A stretch of 32,000 nucleotides of DNA, taken from NCBI GenBank assembly GCA_019448385.1, contig JAGTXO010000066.1:24521-56520 (forward strand). Direction: 5' to 3'. How positions within the stretch are numbered: the stretch's first letter is position 1; each line of letters opens with the position of its first letter. The notes beneath the pieces are model-generated. The model did no database searches. It was given only the letters and a program-made list of their open reading frames with translations, and had not been told where the DNA came from. The position numbers and the translations under genes are program-made. Of this stretch, positions 29,058 to 32,000 are shown piece after piece. Source of the stretch: Diacronema lutheri (taxonomy: Eukaryota).

Positions 29058-32000
29058 ATGGAGCCCCGGCGACGATCGGCCGGCGCGGCGTGGAGCGTGC
29101 TGCTCCTCGCGGTACCGGCGAGCATGCTTGCGCCGCTCGCGCCGACGGCGCACGTGAGCGTATCTGCTCCGCGCCTGCCGCGCGTGGCTAGCCGCTCGCG
29201 GCCGCTGCCTCACGCCGTCGGCTCGCTGCTGCACGCGCGGCTCGTGCGCGTCGGCGACACAGCTCGCGCGCGCGTGCTGGCGAGCGACGCGACGGCGGAG
29301 GAAGCGGCAGAGGTGGTCGCCGAGCTCGAGGTGGACGCATGGGACGAGGCCTTTGAGTCGCCTATTCGCCTCCGCCGCCGGCTCGCCTCGGTGCGCCGGC
29401 TGCTGCTTCGGCTGCGGCGAGCGCGGGAGCTGCGGATCCTCTTCGATTCGTGCCGGCCGAGCCCGGCGCGCGACGAGCTGGACTTTGACGGGCTGGTGCG
29501 CGCGATGGGCAAGCTAGGCATGCTCTTTGGCAATTCTTTCGTCCCGCCCGAGCCCGCCGTCCTTCGCCACCTCCTCGACGACGACGGTCGAATCCAATAC
29601 AACGATTTTCGGCAGCTCGCGCAGGACGTGCAGGCCGACGCGATCTCGGCCTCGTCCGCGACGAACGCGGCGGTGTCTGCGCTCGCGCCTTCGGCGTCGC
29701 AGCTCCTCGCGCAGCGCACGCGCTCGCGCGCGCGGCCGGCCGCGCTGCGCGCGCTCGCGCGCGTCGCGAAGGGCGCCGAGGAGCGCGGGCTGACATGGCG
29801 CGAGATGTTCGACATGTGAGGGCACTGCGCTCTGCGCAGCCTTCGCCGTGCGTTGCGTTGCTGTGCCCGCAGCGCGTTGCGGCGTGTCGCGCTGCGCTGC
29901 CTCCGCCCCGCGCGCACGGTCGGTTGCAGCACTAGCCATGGCGAAATTGGAATTCGCCCCGAACCCCGCCGCGCGTCGGATGGCAGTGCCCCTCCTGTGC
30001 GCCCGCTGCCCCCGCCGGATGCGCCGCGGCCTTGGCCGCTCTTCAGCCCGCCCACCCGCCCGCCAACCCGCCAATTCGCCCATCGCGCCTACCGCGCCAA
30101 CCGCCGCAGGTGCGATGACGACGTCGACGATGCGATCTCCGCCAAAGAGCTTTTAAATGTTCTGCGCAGCGCGGCGCCGGACAATGTGAGCAAGGCGCTC
30201 GCGCCGGCAGCGGGTGGCGCGTCCGCGCAGCGTGGCGGCGCGTGGCGCGGTGAGTCGCCACGCCGCGGCGGCGCGTCGGAGCCGCCGGCGCGTGGCGCGC
30301 CCGGTCGGCGTCTGGCCGGCGGCGCCGGTCTTCGGCCAGCGCCCGACGCCGCCGACTCGGACGGCGGGCACGAGACGATCGGCATCGAGGACGCGCGCTC
30401 GCTGATCGCCGCGGTCGGATCGAATGGCCTCTCGACGCCCGACTCGCGCCTCAGCTCGACCGAGCTGCGCGAGCTCCTGCTGACCGCGTCGTGGGCGGAC
30501 TCAACGGCCGCGCTCGGCCGCGGTCCGGTAACGTCAGAACGCCTTCTACCGTGGTCGGATTCCGAGTCGCCCGCACGGACGGCGACGCGCGCGGGCGGCG
30601 CGGCGCCGGCGCCCACCGCCTACTCCCGCCTCGCTGTCGCCGAGCAGATGGAGCTCATCCTTGCGATGGCGCGGCTCGATGCGGCGATGCTCGGCGACGT
30701 GCCGCGCGCGCGGCGCGACAAGGCGGGCGGCGGCGGAGGAGGTGGCGGCGGCGGTGGCGGCGGCAGCGGCGGTGGTGGTGGCGCGCTTGACGTTGACGCG
30801 CAGGCGGGCAGCGGCGCGCTTAGCGCCGTCTCCGTCCCGGCAAGCAAGCCGCCAAAGCGTTCAGCACTCGCAGGCCAAAGGCGCAGCACGGCCAAAGATC
30901 GCTCGGATCTTCTCACAGACAAGCAGCGCGCGGAGGTTGGCGAGATCGAGGCGTTCATCTCGTCGGGCGGCGAGGTGCGCGCGCGCGCCTGCGCTGCCGC
31001 GTGGCGTGCGCGCCACGCCGCCGCGCGCGCCGGCCGTGTGCGCGCGCTCGCTGTGGGCAGGCAAGCGCACGCCACGCGCCGCGGCCCGCGCCGTCCGACC
31101 GCCCGCCACTTCGCCGCGCGCGCAGGTCTTCATGACCGCGGCGGGCGTGCTCGAGGCGCAGGCCAAGCAATACCGCTATTTTAAACTCCTGTGCGTCAGC
31201 GCCGCTGCTGCTGCGGTGCGGCCGCTCCGCAGCAGCTGCGCGCCTGCCGGAGATGGCGGCCATGTGGAGCATGGCGGCCATGCTGCGCTGCTGGAGCATG
31301 GCGGCCATGCTGCGCTGCTGGAGCATGGCGGCCATGCTGCGCTGCTGGAGCATGGCGGCCATGCTGCGCTGCTGGAGCATGGCGGCCATGCTGCGCTGCT
31401 GGAGCATGGCGGCCATGCTGCGCTGCTGGAGCATGGCGCGAGGCCCGATGGCCGCCGCGCGTCGCGGCCGTGCGCCTCCGTTGCAGCCACGGCCCCGCGA
31501 GCATCGCAGCGCCGCTCCGCTCCACCCCACCACCCACCCCCCTCCCTTTCCCTTTCCTGCGCTGCCAGGCACACGGGCCCCGGTCGACGCTTCCCGGCGA
31601 CGTACCTCGGCGACCGACTCACCGCCAAAAAGGCCGCGCTCCTCGAGGCGATCCGCGCAGGCGACGTACCGCAGATTCGAGCACATCTCGACTTTTCCTG
31701 GGATTTTGTCTTCCCGCCCGCGCAGACAGTAGGCGGCGTCCGCTTCTTCGAGGGCTGGTGCCGCTCGCCGCTCGCCCTCCTCATCCGCCCCGACGAGGGC
31801 TCGCTCGAGCCGTTCATGGTCGGCGTGAGCGACGCTGAACGACTCGAGGTGATCCGCGAAGCGCTGCGCACTGGCGTCGCCTCGCCAAACTACCCGAACT
31901 CGTACTGGCCAGCGCCCACGGTGCATGCGTGCTTCGAGGGCGACATCGGCGCGCTCTCCCTCTTGCACGAGTACGGCGCGGACCTCGCCGCGCGCCACTT
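29058..32000 (+). CDS. EF-hand-containing protein continuing into an ankyrin-like region (3'-truncated by the window). Proposed exons 29058..29815, 30110..30974, 31126..31190 and 31569..>32000
   Basis: N-terminal hydrophobic segment (AGAAWSVLLLAVPASMLAPLAP); EF-hand-like LLDDDGRIQYNDFRQL; splice 29815|30110 creates WREMFDMCDDDVDDAISAKELLNVLRS, a canonical DxDxDxxIxxxE loop. Further junctions FISSGGE|VFMTAAGVLEAQAKQYRYFKLL|HTGPGRRFPATYLGDRL; the last exon encodes LLEAIRAGDVPQIRAHL...PTVHACFEGDIGALSLLHEYGADLAARH. Confidence 0.65.
30730..30785 (+). repeat. Coding GGN-rich tract encoding poly-Gly (GGGGGGGGGGGGSGGGGG)
   Basis: Direct reading of the ORF translation. Confidence 0.85.
31266..31437 (+). 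repeat. Intronic minisatellite: 27-bp unit ggagcatggcggccatgctgcgctgct, 6 full copies plus a partial
   Basis: Copies start at 31266, 31293, 31320, 31347, 31374, 31401 and 31428 (partial). Lies in the proposed 378-nt intron 31191..31568. Confidence 0.92.

Noticed and set aside
31196-31998. Repeat proteins (MLQQRSMAA)n or (WSMAAMLRC)n at the right end
   Set aside because: The repeat lies between good splice sites (31190|31569) of a plus-strand gene and is open in several frames; more likely intronic.

Overview
The window looks like a GC-rich, intron-containing nuclear segment from a unicellular eukaryote, most likely an alga; a haptophyte-type genome is an inference. I saw no convincing prokaryotic operon, CRISPR array, tRNA or intact transposon. 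Because GC is high, long spurious ORFs are open in most frames, so I kept only ORFs with recognisable protein motifs and rebuilt spliced models by joining frames at GT-AG sites. Supported genes, left to right: ABCG half-transporter (+, truncated on the left); very large BK/Slo-type K+ channel with RCK domains (-); UDP-glucose 4-epimerase (+, 4 exons); membrane protein of unknown function (+); class III aminotransferase with an N-terminal hydrophobic region (+); processive family 2 glycosyltransferase (-, 2 exons); two head-to-head 2OG-Fe(II)/prolyl-4-hydroxylase-like oxygenases (-/+); class V aminotransferase/cysteine desulfurase-like protein (+, 2 exons); HisA/HIS6 (+, 2 exons); GNAT N-acetyltransferase resembling Naa10 (+); divergent membrane-anchored cytochrome P450 (+, 3 exons); and a calcium-binding EF-hand plus ankyrin-like gene that runs off the right edge (+, at least 4 exons). 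The most notable observations are: minisatellites and long poly-C tracts inside introns, including 13 full copies plus a partial of a 32-bp unit in an in-frame channel intron; a 38-nt AT-flanked element (32/38 identical) about 100 nt upstream of two unrelated genes; head-to-head gene pairs with almost no space between start codons; very large low-complexity insertions in the RCK region of the channel; and GTGCG-type 5' splice sites. No previously undescribed system can be demonstrated from the sequence alone.
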